Shown here: piece by piece, positions 17,989 through 27,525 of the stretch
Layout of the letters: the number at the start of each line of letters is the position of its first letter
How positions within the stretch are numbered: the stretch's first letter is position 1
NCBI GenBank assembly: GCA_964442665.1
Contig: CAYUAV010000001.1
Location: 315 to 29,507 of the forward strand
Origin: an uncultured Bacteroidales bacterium
GTDB lineage: Bacteria > Bacteroidota > Bacteroidia > Bacteroidales > UBA10428
Length of the DNA stretch: 29,193 nt
Direction: 5' to 3'
Position numbers and translations under genes: made by a program
Notes under the pieces: generated by a model
What the model was told of the DNA's origin: nothing
The model's database searches: none
What the model saw: only the letters and a program-made list of their open reading frames with translations

Positions 17989-19284
17989 ATGAGTATTTCG
18001 AAAAAAATATTTAATAAACAGGAAAAGTTGTCGGTTATCGGACTCGGTTATGTTGGATTACCCATTGCACTGGAGTTTGCCAAAACATTATCGGTTATTG
18101 GATTCGACATAAATACCAGGCGTGTGGAGCTTATGAAGAAGGGAATCGATCCCAGCAAGGAATTGGATAAAAGTTCATTTGATAACATAGATATTTATTT
18201 TACTTCTAAACCGGAGGATTTAAAAAAGGCTTCATTTCATATTGTAGCTGTTCCTACACCTATCGATAAAAACAATTTACCTGATCTTTCGGCATTGAAG
18301 GGTGCTGCAAAAACTGTAGGCAGCATGATTAAAAAAGGTGATTATGTTGTTTTCGAATCCACCGTATTTCCTGGAGCTACCGAAGAAATATGTGTTCCAA
18401 TTATAGAAAAAGAGTCAGGATTAAAGTATATCAAAGACTTTAAAGTTGGGTATTCGCCGGAACGTATTAATCCGGGCGATAAGGTCCATTCGCTTACAAA
18501 TGTGATTAAGGTTACTTCCGGTTGCGATGAAGAATCAAGCGAAGAAATTACAAAGGTATATGAAAGCATTATAAAGGCAGGTATTCATAAAGCTCCCAGC
18601 ATTAAAGTAGCCGAAGCAGCTAAAATCATTGAAAATACACAACGCGATCTTAACATAGCACTTATGAATGAGTTATCCATTATCTTTCATAAGATGAAAA
18701 TTAACACATATGATGTATTAAAAGCTGCCGGTACCAAGTGGAATTTTCTGAATTTCTTCCCCGGCCTGGTTGGCGGGCATTGCATTGGAGTTGATCCTTA
18801 TTATCTTACATTCAAAGCTAACGAATTGGGACATTTTGCCCAGGTAATTACCGCCGGTCGTTCGGTGAATGATGGTATGAGTCGTTTCATTGTTACAGAA
18901 TTGGTAAAAGGATTAATCAAATTGGGCAAGAACGTACTTAATTCCCGCATTCTGATAATGGGAATAACATTTAAAGAGGATGTCAGTGATATTCGTAATT
19001 CTAAAATTGCTGATGTAATATCAGAATTACAATCGTATGGTATTAAAGTTGAAGTTGTGGATACCATGGCAGATGTAGAGGAAGTTAAACATGAATACGG
19101 AATTGATATGGCAACTCAGATTACAGGCTTGTATGATGCCATAATTCTGGCCGTTGCACATAAAGGTTATAGTAATCTGGAAGAAAAATTCTTTACTGAT
19201 CACTTGACTCCGAGCGGCGTATTTTTCGATGTTAAAGGATTGTTCCAGGGTTTATCGGAAAAAGTTAAATATTTGAGTTTATAG
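17989..19284 (+). CDS. UDP-N-acetylhexosamine 6-dehydrogenase (TviB/WbpO/WbpA-like nucleotide-sugar dehydrogenase)
   Basis: VIGLGYVGLP, VFESTVFPG, YSPERINPGD, AKIIENTQRD, GLVGGHCIGVDPYYL. Confidence 0.9.
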   Translation: MSISKKIFNKQEKLSVIGLGYVGLPIALEFAKTLSVIGFDINTRRVELMKKGIDPSKELDKSSFDNIDIYFTSKPEDLKKASFHIVAVPTPIDKNNLPDLSALKGAAKTVGSMIKKGDYVVFESTVFPGATEEICVPIIEKESGLKYIKDFKVGYSPERINPGDKVHSLTNVIKVTSGCDEESSEEITKVYESIIKAGIHKAPSIKVAEAAKIIENTQRDLNIALMNELSIIFHKMKINTYDVLKAAGTKWNFLNFFPGLVGGHCIGVDPYYLTFKANELGHFAQVITAGRSVNDGMSRFIVTELVKGLIKLGKNVLNSRILIMGITFKEDVSDIRNSKIADVISELQSYGIKVEVVDTMADVEEVKHEYGIDMATQITGLYDAIILAVAHKGYSNLEEKFFTDHLTPSGVFFDVKGLFQGLSEKVKYLSL

Positions 19285-19397
19285 GGATTTTTCCTCAACA
19301 GATAGTACAATCTTATCAAGGAATTCACACATTTCCTCATAGAATAAGCTAGGAACATATTGAGATTATTAATTTTACATTCGTTTTAATTATAATT

Positions 19398-20363
19398 ATG
19401 AATAATACCAAGAAAAATTTTGCAATAATCGGAGTTGGCGGGTATATAGCCATCCGGCATTTAAGGGCTATTAAAGATACAGAGAATACACTGCTTGCAT
19501 CGCTCGATCCTAATGATAGCGTGGGAATTATAGATAGTTTTTTCCCCGAGAGTAATTTCTTTGTGGAGTTTGAACGTTTCGACCGGCATGTCGATAAATT
19601 ACGAAGAAACGGAACCCAGGTAGACTATGTCAGTATCTGTTCTCCGAATTATCTGCACGATTCACATATTCGTTTTGCTTTGCGTTCCGGGGCAAATGCT
19701 ATTTGCGAAAAACCCCTTGTATTGAATCCATGGAATGTGGATGCGCTGAGTGAAATTGAAAAGGAATTCGGTAATAATATTTACAATATTCTTCAGCTTC
19801 GACTTCATCCTTCGATCATTGCATTAAAAAAGAAAATTGATGAAGCCCCCAAAGATAAAATATACGAGATTGAACTTACCTATATTACGAGCCGGGGGAG
19901 ATGGTATTTTATTTCATGGAAAGGGGATATTGAGAAGTCGGGAGGTATTGCAACAAATATCGGTGTTCATTTTTTTGATATGCTGATATGGATATTTGGA
20001 GGCGTGAAACATAATATTGTTCATCTTCTTGAGAAGAATAAAGCCTCAGGATATCTCGATCTGGAGAAAGCACGTGTAAAATGGTTTCTGAGTCTCGATT
20101 ATAACGACATACCGGATAAAAATAAAAAGGCGGGAAACAGAACTTATCGTTCGATCACCATGAATAACGAAGAGATTGAATTTAGCGAAGGATTTACCGA
20201 TCTGCATACTGTAAGTTATAAACGTATTCTGGAGGGTAACGGATTTCCTATGCACTATGCTAAACCGGCAATCGAAACGGTATATACAATTCGAAATGCA
20301 ACACCCATTGGCTTAAAAGGCGAATATCATCCCATGTGTTTGAAATCTGCTAAACTTAAATAA
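19398..20363 (+). CDS. wbpB: Gfo/Idh/MocA oxidoreductase, UDP-GlcNAcA 3-dehydrogenase WbpB/WlbA type
   Basis: [78 protein letters not shown]. Confidence 0.85.
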   Translation: MNNTKKNFAIIGVGGYIAIRHLRAIKDTENTLLASLDPNDSVGIIDSFFPESNFFVEFERFDRHVDKLRRNGTQVDYVSICSPNYLHDSHIRFALRSGANAICEKPLVLNPWNVDALSEIEKEFGNNIYNILQLRLHPSIIALKKKIDEAPKDKIYEIELTYITSRGRWYFISWKGDIEKSGGIATNIGVHFFDMLIWIFGGVKHNIVHLLEKNKASGYLDLEKARVKWFLSLDYNDIPDKNKKAGNRTYRSITMNNEEIEFSEGFTDLHTVSYKRILEGNGFPMHYAKPAIETVYTIRNATPIGLKGEYHPMCLKSAKLK

Positions 20364-20371
20364 GCATAATA

Positions 20372-21493
20372 ATGGCAAATGAAAAAGTAGCATTGGTTAC
20401 CGGTGTAACCGGACAGGATGGTGCTTACCTTGCTGAATTTTTACTTAAAAAAGGATATATAGTACACGGTACCAAGCGAAGAAGCTCAATGTTCAACACC
20501 GAACGGATCGATCATCTGTATCTTGATCCGCATGTAGAGAATAGAAATTTTATACTACATTATTCTGATTTGACGGATTCGACAAACCTGATACGAATTA
20601 TTCAGGAAGTCCAACCCGATGAAATTTATAACCTGGCTGCGATGAGTCACGTTAAGGTAAGTTTCGAAACACCTGAATATACCGGGAATGCTGATGGTTT
20701 AGGGGCATTGAGGATACTAGAAGCAATCAGAATATTAGGTCTCACAAGGAAGACAAAATTTTATCAGGCTTCAACGAGTGAATTATATGGTTTGGTACAG
20801 GAAGTTCCACAAACCGAAAAAACTCCTTTCTATCCCCGAAGTCCTTATGCGGTAGCTAAACTATATGCCTATTGGATTACAGTCAACTATCGGGAAGCAT
20901 ATAACATATTTGCATGCAACGGTATCTTATTTAACCATGAGTCTCCTATCAGAGGAGAAACATTTGTTACACGAAAAATTACCCGCGCTGTCGCACGTAT
21001 AGCACTTGGATTGCAAGATAAGCTATATCTGGGCAATCTTTCATCAAAACGTGACTGGGGGCATGCAAAAGACTATATCAAAGCTATGTATCTGATTCTG
21101 CAACAGGAAGAACCTGACGATTATGTCATTGCCACAGGTATTACCACAGAAATTCGTGAACTGGCAATAATGGCTTTTGCTGAAGTAGGATTCGAACTTG
21201 ATTTTGAAGGTAAAGGCGACAAAGAAAAAGCATTTATATCAAAATGTACCGATCCCCGGTACCAACTTCCTATTGGTAAGGAAGTTCTGGCTGTTGATCC
21301 GACATACTTCAGGCCTACGGAAGTCGATCTCTTAATCGGGGACCCTACAAAAGCACGAACAAAATTAGGATGGGAACCGGAATACGATTTGAGAGGTCTT
21401 GTAGAAGATATGGTGCAGTCCGATATCAAATTAATGCAGAAAGATCAGTTCCTTCGAAACGGAGGATATAAAACACTGAACTATTTTGAATAG
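20372..21493 (+). CDS. gmd: GDP-mannose 4,6-dehydratase
   Basis: [53 protein letters not shown]. Confidence 0.97.
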   Translation: MANEKVALVTGVTGQDGAYLAEFLLKKGYIVHGTKRRSSMFNTERIDHLYLDPHVENRNFILHYSDLTDSTNLIRIIQEVQPDEIYNLAAMSHVKVSFETPEYTGNADGLGALRILEAIRILGLTRKTKFYQASTSELYGLVQEVPQTEKTPFYPRSPYAVAKLYAYWITVNYREAYNIFACNGILFNHESPIRGETFVTRKITRAVARIALGLQDKLYLGNLSSKRDWGHAKDYIKAMYLILQQEEPDDYVIATGITTEIRELAIMAFAEVGFELDFEGKGDKEKAFISKCTDPRYQLPIGKEVLAVDPTYFRPTEVDLLIGDPTKARTKLGWEPEYDLRGLVEDMVQSDIKLMQKDQFLRNGGYKTLNYFE

Positions 21494-21592
21494 GAAGTTT
21501 GGAAAGGATTGATCATCAGGCTTTCTATTGACATAATCCTTCAGGACTTATACTTGATTCATAGCTTCTCAGTTCAATAATTCTTAAATATC

Positions 21593-22699
21593 ATGGAGAA
21601 GAACAGTAAAATATATATTGCCGGACATCTGGGTCTGGTGGGCAGTGCGCTTGTTCGTAACCTGAAAAAGAAAGGCTACAACAATATTGTTGGTAAAAGT
21701 ATCGACGAACTCGACCTGATGGATTATAGAGCCGTTGAAGCATATTTTGAGAAGGAAAAGCCGGAATATGTATTTCTTGCTGCTGCAAAAGTGGGGGGAA
21801 TAGTTGCCAATAATCTTTACCGGGCTCAGTTCATTTACGAAAACCTTACCATACAGAATAATATTGTGCATAACTGCTACCGGTCTGACGTGAAAAAATT
21901 ATTATTCCTGGGAAGCAGCTGTATTTATCCCCGCGATTGTCCGCAGCCCATTATGGAGGAATACCTGCTTACCGATCCGCTCGAGTATACCAACGAACCT
22001 TATGCTGTGGCTAAAATTGCCGGAATAAAACTCTGCGAGAGCTATAATCTGCAATATGGCACTAATTTTATTTCAGTTATGCCTACAAATTTATATGGGC
22101 CCAATGATAACTACGACCTTGAAAAATCGCATGTATTGCCTGCCCTGATTCGCAAAATGCACCTGGGGAAGTGCCTGATGAATAATAACTGGCCGGCCAT
22201 AAAAAATGACTTCAATAAAAAACCTGTTGAGGGGGTTGATGGTAATGCCGGTGAAAAAACGATCCTGGAAAAAATTAATAAATACGGTATACAAACTCAA
22301 AATGAAAGTGTGAGTGTTTCACTTTGGGGTACGGGCTCTCCGCGACGTGAGTTCCTTCACTCCGACGATATGGCCGATGCCTGCGTTTTTGTTATGGAAC
22401 ATGTCGACTTTAACGACCTGGTTGAAAACCGGAAAAAGTTTGTAAAACCCGAAGCAGCTGAGGAAATAAGGAATACCCATATTAATATTGGTACCGGCCG
22501 CGACCTGACCATTAAAGAACTTGCTGATAAGATTAAGAATATTATTGGTTTTGAGGGTGGGCTGATTTGGGATAAAACGAAACCCGATGGTACAAAACAA
22601 AAGCTCCTTAATGTGGATAAGCTGCACAGCCTGGGCTGGAAGGAAAATATTTCTCTTGAATCGGGTATTACTGCTATTTACAGCGATTATATACAGTAG
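21593..22699 (+). CDS. fcl: GDP-L-fucose synthase
   Basis: [60 protein letters not shown]. Confidence 0.96.
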   Translation: MEKNSKIYIAGHLGLVGSALVRNLKKKGYNNIVGKSIDELDLMDYRAVEAYFEKEKPEYVFLAAAKVGGIVANNLYRAQFIYENLTIQNNIVHNCYRSDVKKLLFLGSSCIYPRDCPQPIMEEYLLTDPLEYTNEPYAVAKIAGIKLCESYNLQYGTNFISVMPTNLYGPNDNYDLEKSHVLPALIRKMHLGKCLMNNNWPAIKNDFNKKPVEGVDGNAGEKTILEKINKYGIQTQNESVSVSLWGTGSPRREFLHSDDMADACVFVMEHVDFNDLVENRKKFVKPEAAEEIRNTHINIGTGRDLTIKELADKIKNIIGFEGGLIWDKTKPDGTKQKLLNVDKLHSLGWKENISLESGITAIYSDYIQ

Positions 22700-22722
22700 A
22701 CCATCTTCTGATCGTAAAGAAA

Positions 22723-22754
22723 AATTCCCCGTTAACTTTTTTTATCGGGGAATT
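22723..22754. terminator. Hairpin between convergent fcl and LCCL genes, probable bidirectional terminator
   Basis: AATTCCCCG / CGGGGAATT 9-bp stem with a 14-nt loop; A-run on the left flank. Confidence 0.6.
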
Positions 22755-22819
22755 ATTATGAGATAGAAATAAGGTCAAGCAGCAAACAAGACTTTTTAAT
22801 ACAATTAAGTTTTCCTTAT

Positions 22820-23200
22820 TTATTCAAACGCGTAGGTGCCTACCCACGATCCATAATCGTCTGAAGTAACACCGTTTTGTGTGCTGCCGAAGTATTCGTC
22901 ACGGCCGGCATACATTCTGACTTTTACCACATCGCGCTGTCCTACGTTAAGTTTACCGGCGTGCACGGCAGCCGTGCTCAGGTCGGAATCATCGGTATAG
23001 AAACCATCGACGCCGCCCCATATTGAACCATCAATGGCTCCTGTAATACGAAATTCGTTTAATACACCTACATGGTCCCTGTATTCAACCATGGTTCCCG
23101 GGTCGGATAAAAAGTTATCTTTTACTTTCTCGCAACTGTTTAATGGCAGTATAACCCCCAACATCGTGGAGACTATCCAAAATCTTCGGTTCTTTTTCAT
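22820..23200 (-). CDS. LCCL-domain lipoprotein
   Basis: Lipobox PLNS-C23-EKVKD; GSIWG..YTDDSDLSTAAVHAG and YFGSTQNGVTS are LCCL signatures. Confidence 0.8.
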   Translation of the reverse strand: MKKNRRFWIVSTMLGVILPLNSCEKVKDNFLSDPGTMVEYRDHVGVLNEFRITGAIDGSIWGGVDGFYTDDSDLSTAAVHAGKLNVGQRDVVKVRMYAGRDEYFGSTQNGVTSDDYGSWVGTYAFE

Positions 23201-23441
23201 TCTTTCCTTTGTATTTATGTTTCACCGCTCGATAACCGGCGGATTATGACACCCTAATTAAGAAAAAACCCATAATCCTGATTTAAAGGCGATGAAATTA
23301 TTTTTCGTTGGTAACAAGATTCAATCTGATAATCCCATAGAGGGCAATACCCATACAGCCTTTGTATTGAAGAGGAAAATAAGTATTAAACAATATGTTA
23401 GCTAGATTGTTTCGCTAAGACCAAATTCAAATATTAAACTC

Positions 23442-25316
23442 ATGAAAAAAATTACCCGGTGGATTATTTTAGGTTTACTAAACCTGATCGTTACATTCGC
23501 TTCTTATGCCAATATAATATTTGTATCAAACGGCAATGATACAGGAGAAGGTTCCCTCAGACAAGCTATAATCAATGCTAACACTCATACCGGTGCAGAT
23601 ACAATTGTTTTTACCATACCTCCTGAGGACGGAAGTTACAACGAAACTGCCGGAATATGGTCTATCCAGCCTGTAAGCCAGTTACCTGATCTAACGGATG
23701 ACGATACATTTATTGACGGATCAAGTCAGACCCGTAATCGGGGAAATACTAATCCTGAAGGTCCGGAAATCGAGATCAATGGTAACAATACGATCGAAAA
23801 TGGTATTTCTGTAAAAAGTTCTTTTAATACCATCGGCCATCTTATACTGAACCAATTTACCATGAACGGTATTTATGTTCTGGGAGAAGATGAAAACCTG
23901 ATCGTTGGGAATTATATTGGGGCCGATTATTCCGGAACAGTTGCCATGGGGAATTATAACGGAATTCATCTGCAAAACGAAGCTTCACATAACAGGATAG
24001 GCACCGGCAATGCAGAAGATCGTAATATTATTTCGGGAAATCTGAACGGAGGAATACAGATTGACGGGGATTACAGCTATGGTAACATTGTACAGGGCAA
24101 CTATATCGGAACTGATGTTGAAGGTAATCTGGCTTTAGGGAACAGGTATGCAGGCATATACATAGAATTTTATTGCGACAGCACTATTGTGGGAGGTCCG
24201 GAACCTGGTGAGGGGAATGTAATTTCAGGCACCTATGATCAGGTTAATGCCTATACAGGGCATGGAATATCGATAAGACATACGCAGAACACAGTAGTAA
24301 AAGGTAATTTTATTGGTACCAATAAAGATGGTACAGGATTACTGCCAAATAGTAATTCAGGAATAGCCTTACTAGAATGTGCGAATAATATCATCGGAGG
24401 AACTGATCCTGGTGATGGAAATATTATCGGAGGAAATCAGTATACCGGTATATATCTCCATCTTACTGAAACTCATGATAATTTCATTATGGGTAATTAT
24501 ATCGGAACTGATCCTACCGGAACTTCAAATCTGCGTAACGGTATTCATGGTGAATATAGTGCGGGAATATTACTTGATTATGGAGCAAGTGATAATATTA
24601 TCGGTCCAGGAAATATTATTTCCAATAACGATGCCAATGGTATAACTATTAGAAGTGATTCGGCGACCGGAAATACTATAACAGGTAATGAAATCTTTAA
24701 TAATTCGGTATTTGGTATAGCATTGATAGACGATGGCAATACAGGATTGGCATCACCGGTTATTAACAATGCCGCTGAAAACCAGGTAACAGGAACAGCT
24801 TGCTCTGAATGCACCGTGGAGATTTTCTCGACCGATAATGATGAAGGTGATGTATTTGAAGGTTTTGTAGTAGCAGATGCTTCAGGAAATTTTTCATGGG
24901 CCGGTGAACCCGGAAAAACTTACGTTACAGCCACTGCAACTGATGATTCCGGGAATACTTCTCAGTTCAGTTCAGCCGTAGAATACCTTCCTGCGATAAT
25001 TGATAATATTCAGGATTACTCAATTTCTGATATTCCTGCCGGTTTGGTAATTGCTAACGCTTACCCGAATCCGTTTACTTCGAAAATTACGATTCGTTTT
25101 GGTATACCCGAAAGCGGTTCGGTTAAAATAAAGATTCAGGATGTCACCGGTACTGAAATATATAATCATGCTGTAAAAGATGTACCAGCCGGTTACCATG
25201 TATTAACCTGGAACGGTAATGATAAACTGGGTACACCGCTTCCTTCGGGAATATACTATTGTACGATCGGGCATAATGGAGTTGAACGAAGTATGGCGAT
25301 TAACTTTTTAAGATAA
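23442..25316 (+). CDS. T9SS cargo: right-handed parallel beta-helix repeat protein with Ig-like domain and type A CTD
   Basis: Signal peptide; DTGEGSLRQAIINAN start; four GN[YF]IG[TA] repeats; TATATDDSGNTSQFS; CTD NAYPNPF (from 25056)...TWNGND..G..LPSGIYYC. Confidence 0.8.
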   Translation: MKKITRWIILGLLNLIVTFASYANIIFVSNGNDTGEGSLRQAIINANTHTGADTIVFTIPPEDGSYNETAGIWSIQPVSQLPDLTDDDTFIDGSSQTRNRGNTNPEGPEIEINGNNTIENGISVKSSFNTIGHLILNQFTMNGIYVLGEDENLIVGNYIGADYSGTVAMGNYNGIHLQNEASHNRIGTGNAEDRNIISGNLNGGIQIDGDYSYGNIVQGNYIGTDVEGNLALGNRYAGIYIEFYCDSTIVGGPEPGEGNVISGTYDQVNAYTGHGISIRHTQNTVVKGNFIGTNKDGTGLLPNSNSGIALLECANNIIGGTDPGDGNIIGGNQYTGIYLHLTETHDNFIMGNYIGTDPTGTSNLRNGIHGEYSAGILLDYGASDNIIGPGNIISNNDANGITIRSDSATGNTITGNEIFNNSVFGIALIDDGNTGLASPVINNAAENQVTGTACSECTVEIFSTDNDEGDVFEGFVVADASGNFSWAGEPGKTYVTATATDDSGNTSQFSSAVEYLPAIIDNIQDYSISDIPAGLVIANAYPNPFTSKITIRFGIPESGSVKIKIQDVTGTEIYNHAVKDVPAGYHVLTWNGNDKLGTPLPSGIYYCTIGHNGVERSMAINFLR

Positions 25317-25545
25317 ATCCATAGTTGCTAGCAGTACAAATTGAAGATAAGTACGTATTCAGCTTAACTCCCGGTATTTTACTTTTTGCCATAGTAAGCA
25401 CGCAGCAGATACAATAATTATCATGGGTAATAAACGTATCGAGACTGATCAGCTGAAATAACTAATCGAAGGGCGAAAAATAACATGAAATGAAGGTTGT
25501 TACAGGCCTTAACTAATACTTAATTAATAATTAAAACTTTATGTA

Positions 25546-27354
25546 ATGAAAAAATCTATTTTTTTAGTGCTTGCCTGGTTTTTGGTGAACCAGGCAGTTT
25601 TGCCGCAGTATAATACCAATCTTGGTCTTGATGCCGGTGAAGGCGGTAACTTCAATGTATCTGTTGGCGATTATGCCGGTAACCATGTTCAGGGCAGAAA
25701 TAATGTATCTGTCGGATTTAGTTCGGGAAGTCTTTTACGTATTGGAAATAATAACACGTATGTTGGTTCCCGAACGGGATTAAATAATCATAATGGAAAC
25801 AACAATTCATTTTTTGGGACTCAGGCCGGATTGCGTAGCAATTCGAGTTTCTGCACTTTTATGGGTATCGTGGCCGGATTTAATAATGTAGCAGATAGCA
25901 ATACGTTTATAGGAGCTCAGGCTGGTTATAACAATACAACAGGGAATAAAAATATTTTTATAGGTGAATCTGCAGGCATAAAAAATACTGAAGGAGATGG
26001 CAATATTTATATTGGTAACGAGGCTTGTAGTTTTAGTACCTCAAGTACACACAATTCTGTATTAGGTACCCGGATCGGAATTGAAGGAGATTTTAACAGC
26101 TGTGTTATCATAGGATTTGAAGCGGCAAAGCATAACCAGCTTGGATTAAATAATGTAATAATTGGGTCGAAGGCAGCATCGTTTAATGAATTATACTCGG
26201 AAGGCAATACCCTTATCGGTGCGGAATCGGGGTATCATTTAACGGGTGCCTCCGGAGGCTCCAATACTTTTTTAGGATACAAAACAGGTTTTCAAAGCCT
26301 CGGGGTAGTCAATAATACATTTATAGGCAGTTACGCCGGATATAATAACCAGATTGGCTCAAGTAATGTTTATATCGGTTTTGAATCAGGCAGAAATAAT
26401 TTAGGTAGTGCTAATGTATTTATTGGACAAAATGCAGGTTCAAATAATGCTGAAGGGAATCGTAATACATTTCTGGGCATTTATTCCGGCCAGAATTGTC
26501 AGGGAGAAGGTAATGTGTTGATTGGGTACGGGGCAGGAAAGAATGTTTTGGCATCGAACCGGTTATATATTGCCAATAGCGAGGAAGGAAATCCCCTGAT
26601 CTATGGCGATTTTGACCAGGAAAATGTAGCTCTGGGCGCTACAGACGCCATGGGTTACAGATTATATGTGAATGGTCCTCTCTATTCAGTTGGGGCCATG
26701 TCGCCTTCCGACATACGTTTCAAGGAAAATATTGAACCTATATCTGAACCGCTTGATAAGGTACGGAACCTGAAAGGACAAATTTTTACTTATTCTCAAT
26801 CGGAAGAATTTAAAGACAAAATGTTCAACCAGGGAATAAACTACGGATTCATTGCCCAGGATGTAATTCAGGTTATCCCCGAGTTGATTGGGGAGGATCC
26901 GGACGGATACTATTGTTTAAATTATGATGGTTTTATCCCTGTTCTGGTGGAAGCGCTAAAAGAACTGGATAGCCAGTTCAATCAGCAAATCAATTTATTG
27001 AACACACAAATAGCTGAATTACAGCAGCAGTTAGATCAGCAAGCTGTAACATCGAAATCCGGTTCCATCGATGGCGGATCACCTTCCGGAACGGCAAGTG
27101 CCCTATACCAGAATGTTCCGAATCCGTTCAACGAAGAAACCCGCCTGCAATATTACGTGTCCGACGGATCGACCGATGCGGCAATCTACGTTTACGACCT
27201 GCAGGGAAAACAACAACTGGCCTATAAAAATCTGAACTCCGGCAATGGAGAAGTAATTATCCATGCGGGAGAATTATCGTCGGGCCTTTATAACTATTGC
27301 CTTATAGCAGATAATTCTATAATAGCTATTAAAAAAATGGTGGTTACGGAATAA
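25546..27354 (+). CDS. T9SS cargo: tail-fibre/adhesin-like repeat protein with peptidase S74 intramolecular chaperone, coiled coil and type A CTD
   Basis: Signal peptide; about 18 repeats of 16-19 aa (NxF[IL]GxxAG); S388-DIRF-K393-ENI; heptad coiled coil; CTD LYQNVPNPF (from 27103)...GLYNYCL...KKMVV. Confidence 0.85.
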   Translation: MKKSIFLVLAWFLVNQAVLPQYNTNLGLDAGEGGNFNVSVGDYAGNHVQGRNNVSVGFSSGSLLRIGNNNTYVGSRTGLNNHNGNNNSFFGTQAGLRSNSSFCTFMGIVAGFNNVADSNTFIGAQAGYNNTTGNKNIFIGESAGIKNTEGDGNIYIGNEACSFSTSSTHNSVLGTRIGIEGDFNSCVIIGFEAAKHNQLGLNNVIIGSKAASFNELYSEGNTLIGAESGYHLTGASGGSNTFLGYKTGFQSLGVVNNTFIGSYAGYNNQIGSSNVYIGFESGRNNLGSANVFIGQNAGSNNAEGNRNTFLGIYSGQNCQGEGNVLIGYGAGKNVLASNRLYIANSEEGNPLIYGDFDQENVALGATDAMGYRLYVNGPLYSVGAMSPSDIRFKENIEPISEPLDKVRNLKGQIFTYSQSEEFKDKMFNQGINYGFIAQDVIQVIPELIGEDPDGYYCLNYDGFIPVLVEALKELDSQFNQQINLLNTQIAELQQQLDQQAVTSKSGSIDGGSPSGTASALYQNVPNPFNEETRLQYYVSDGSTDAAIYVYDLQGKQQLAYKNLNSGNGEVIIHAGELSSGLYNYCLIADNSIIAIKKMVVTE

Positions 27355-27468
27355 ACTCATTGCAGGCAGAATAAAGTGAAAGATAGACTTCCTGCATCAT
27401 CGTTACTATTTATTTCAAAGGTATTAATTCAAGTACTCCAGAATCCGCATTCATTCTTATCGTCATTA

Positions 27469-27500
27469 AAATCCCTGCCGGTGAATTCCGGCAGGGATTT
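27469..27500. terminator. 13-bp hairpin between convergent genes, probable bidirectional terminator
   Basis: AAATCCCTGCCGG (27469-27481) / CCGGCAGGGATTT (27488-27500), 6-nt loop, T-rich tails on both strands. Confidence 0.8.
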
Positions 27501-27525
27501 ATGTTGTGTTAAAAAGATTATACAA

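Noticed and set aside
21528-21556. TTGACA-N15-TATACT sigma70-like promoter between gmd and fcl
   Set aside because: Spacing is 15 nt and Bacteroidota do not use this consensus; TATACTTG could be a weak -7 element, but support is low.
22170-22310. Roughly 45-aa insertion in Fcl relative to E. coli
   Set aside because: In frame and, from recall, common in Bacteroidota Fcl; not an intein or mobile insert.
23292-23405. 37-aa ORF (MKLFFVGNKI...) upstream of the beta-helix gene
   Set aside because: No motif, signal peptide or other support; likely chance.
25546-27354. Prophage remnant interpretation of the S74 gene
   Set aside because: It has a signal peptide and T9SS CTD, and there are no integrase, capsid, terminase or other phage genes in the window.
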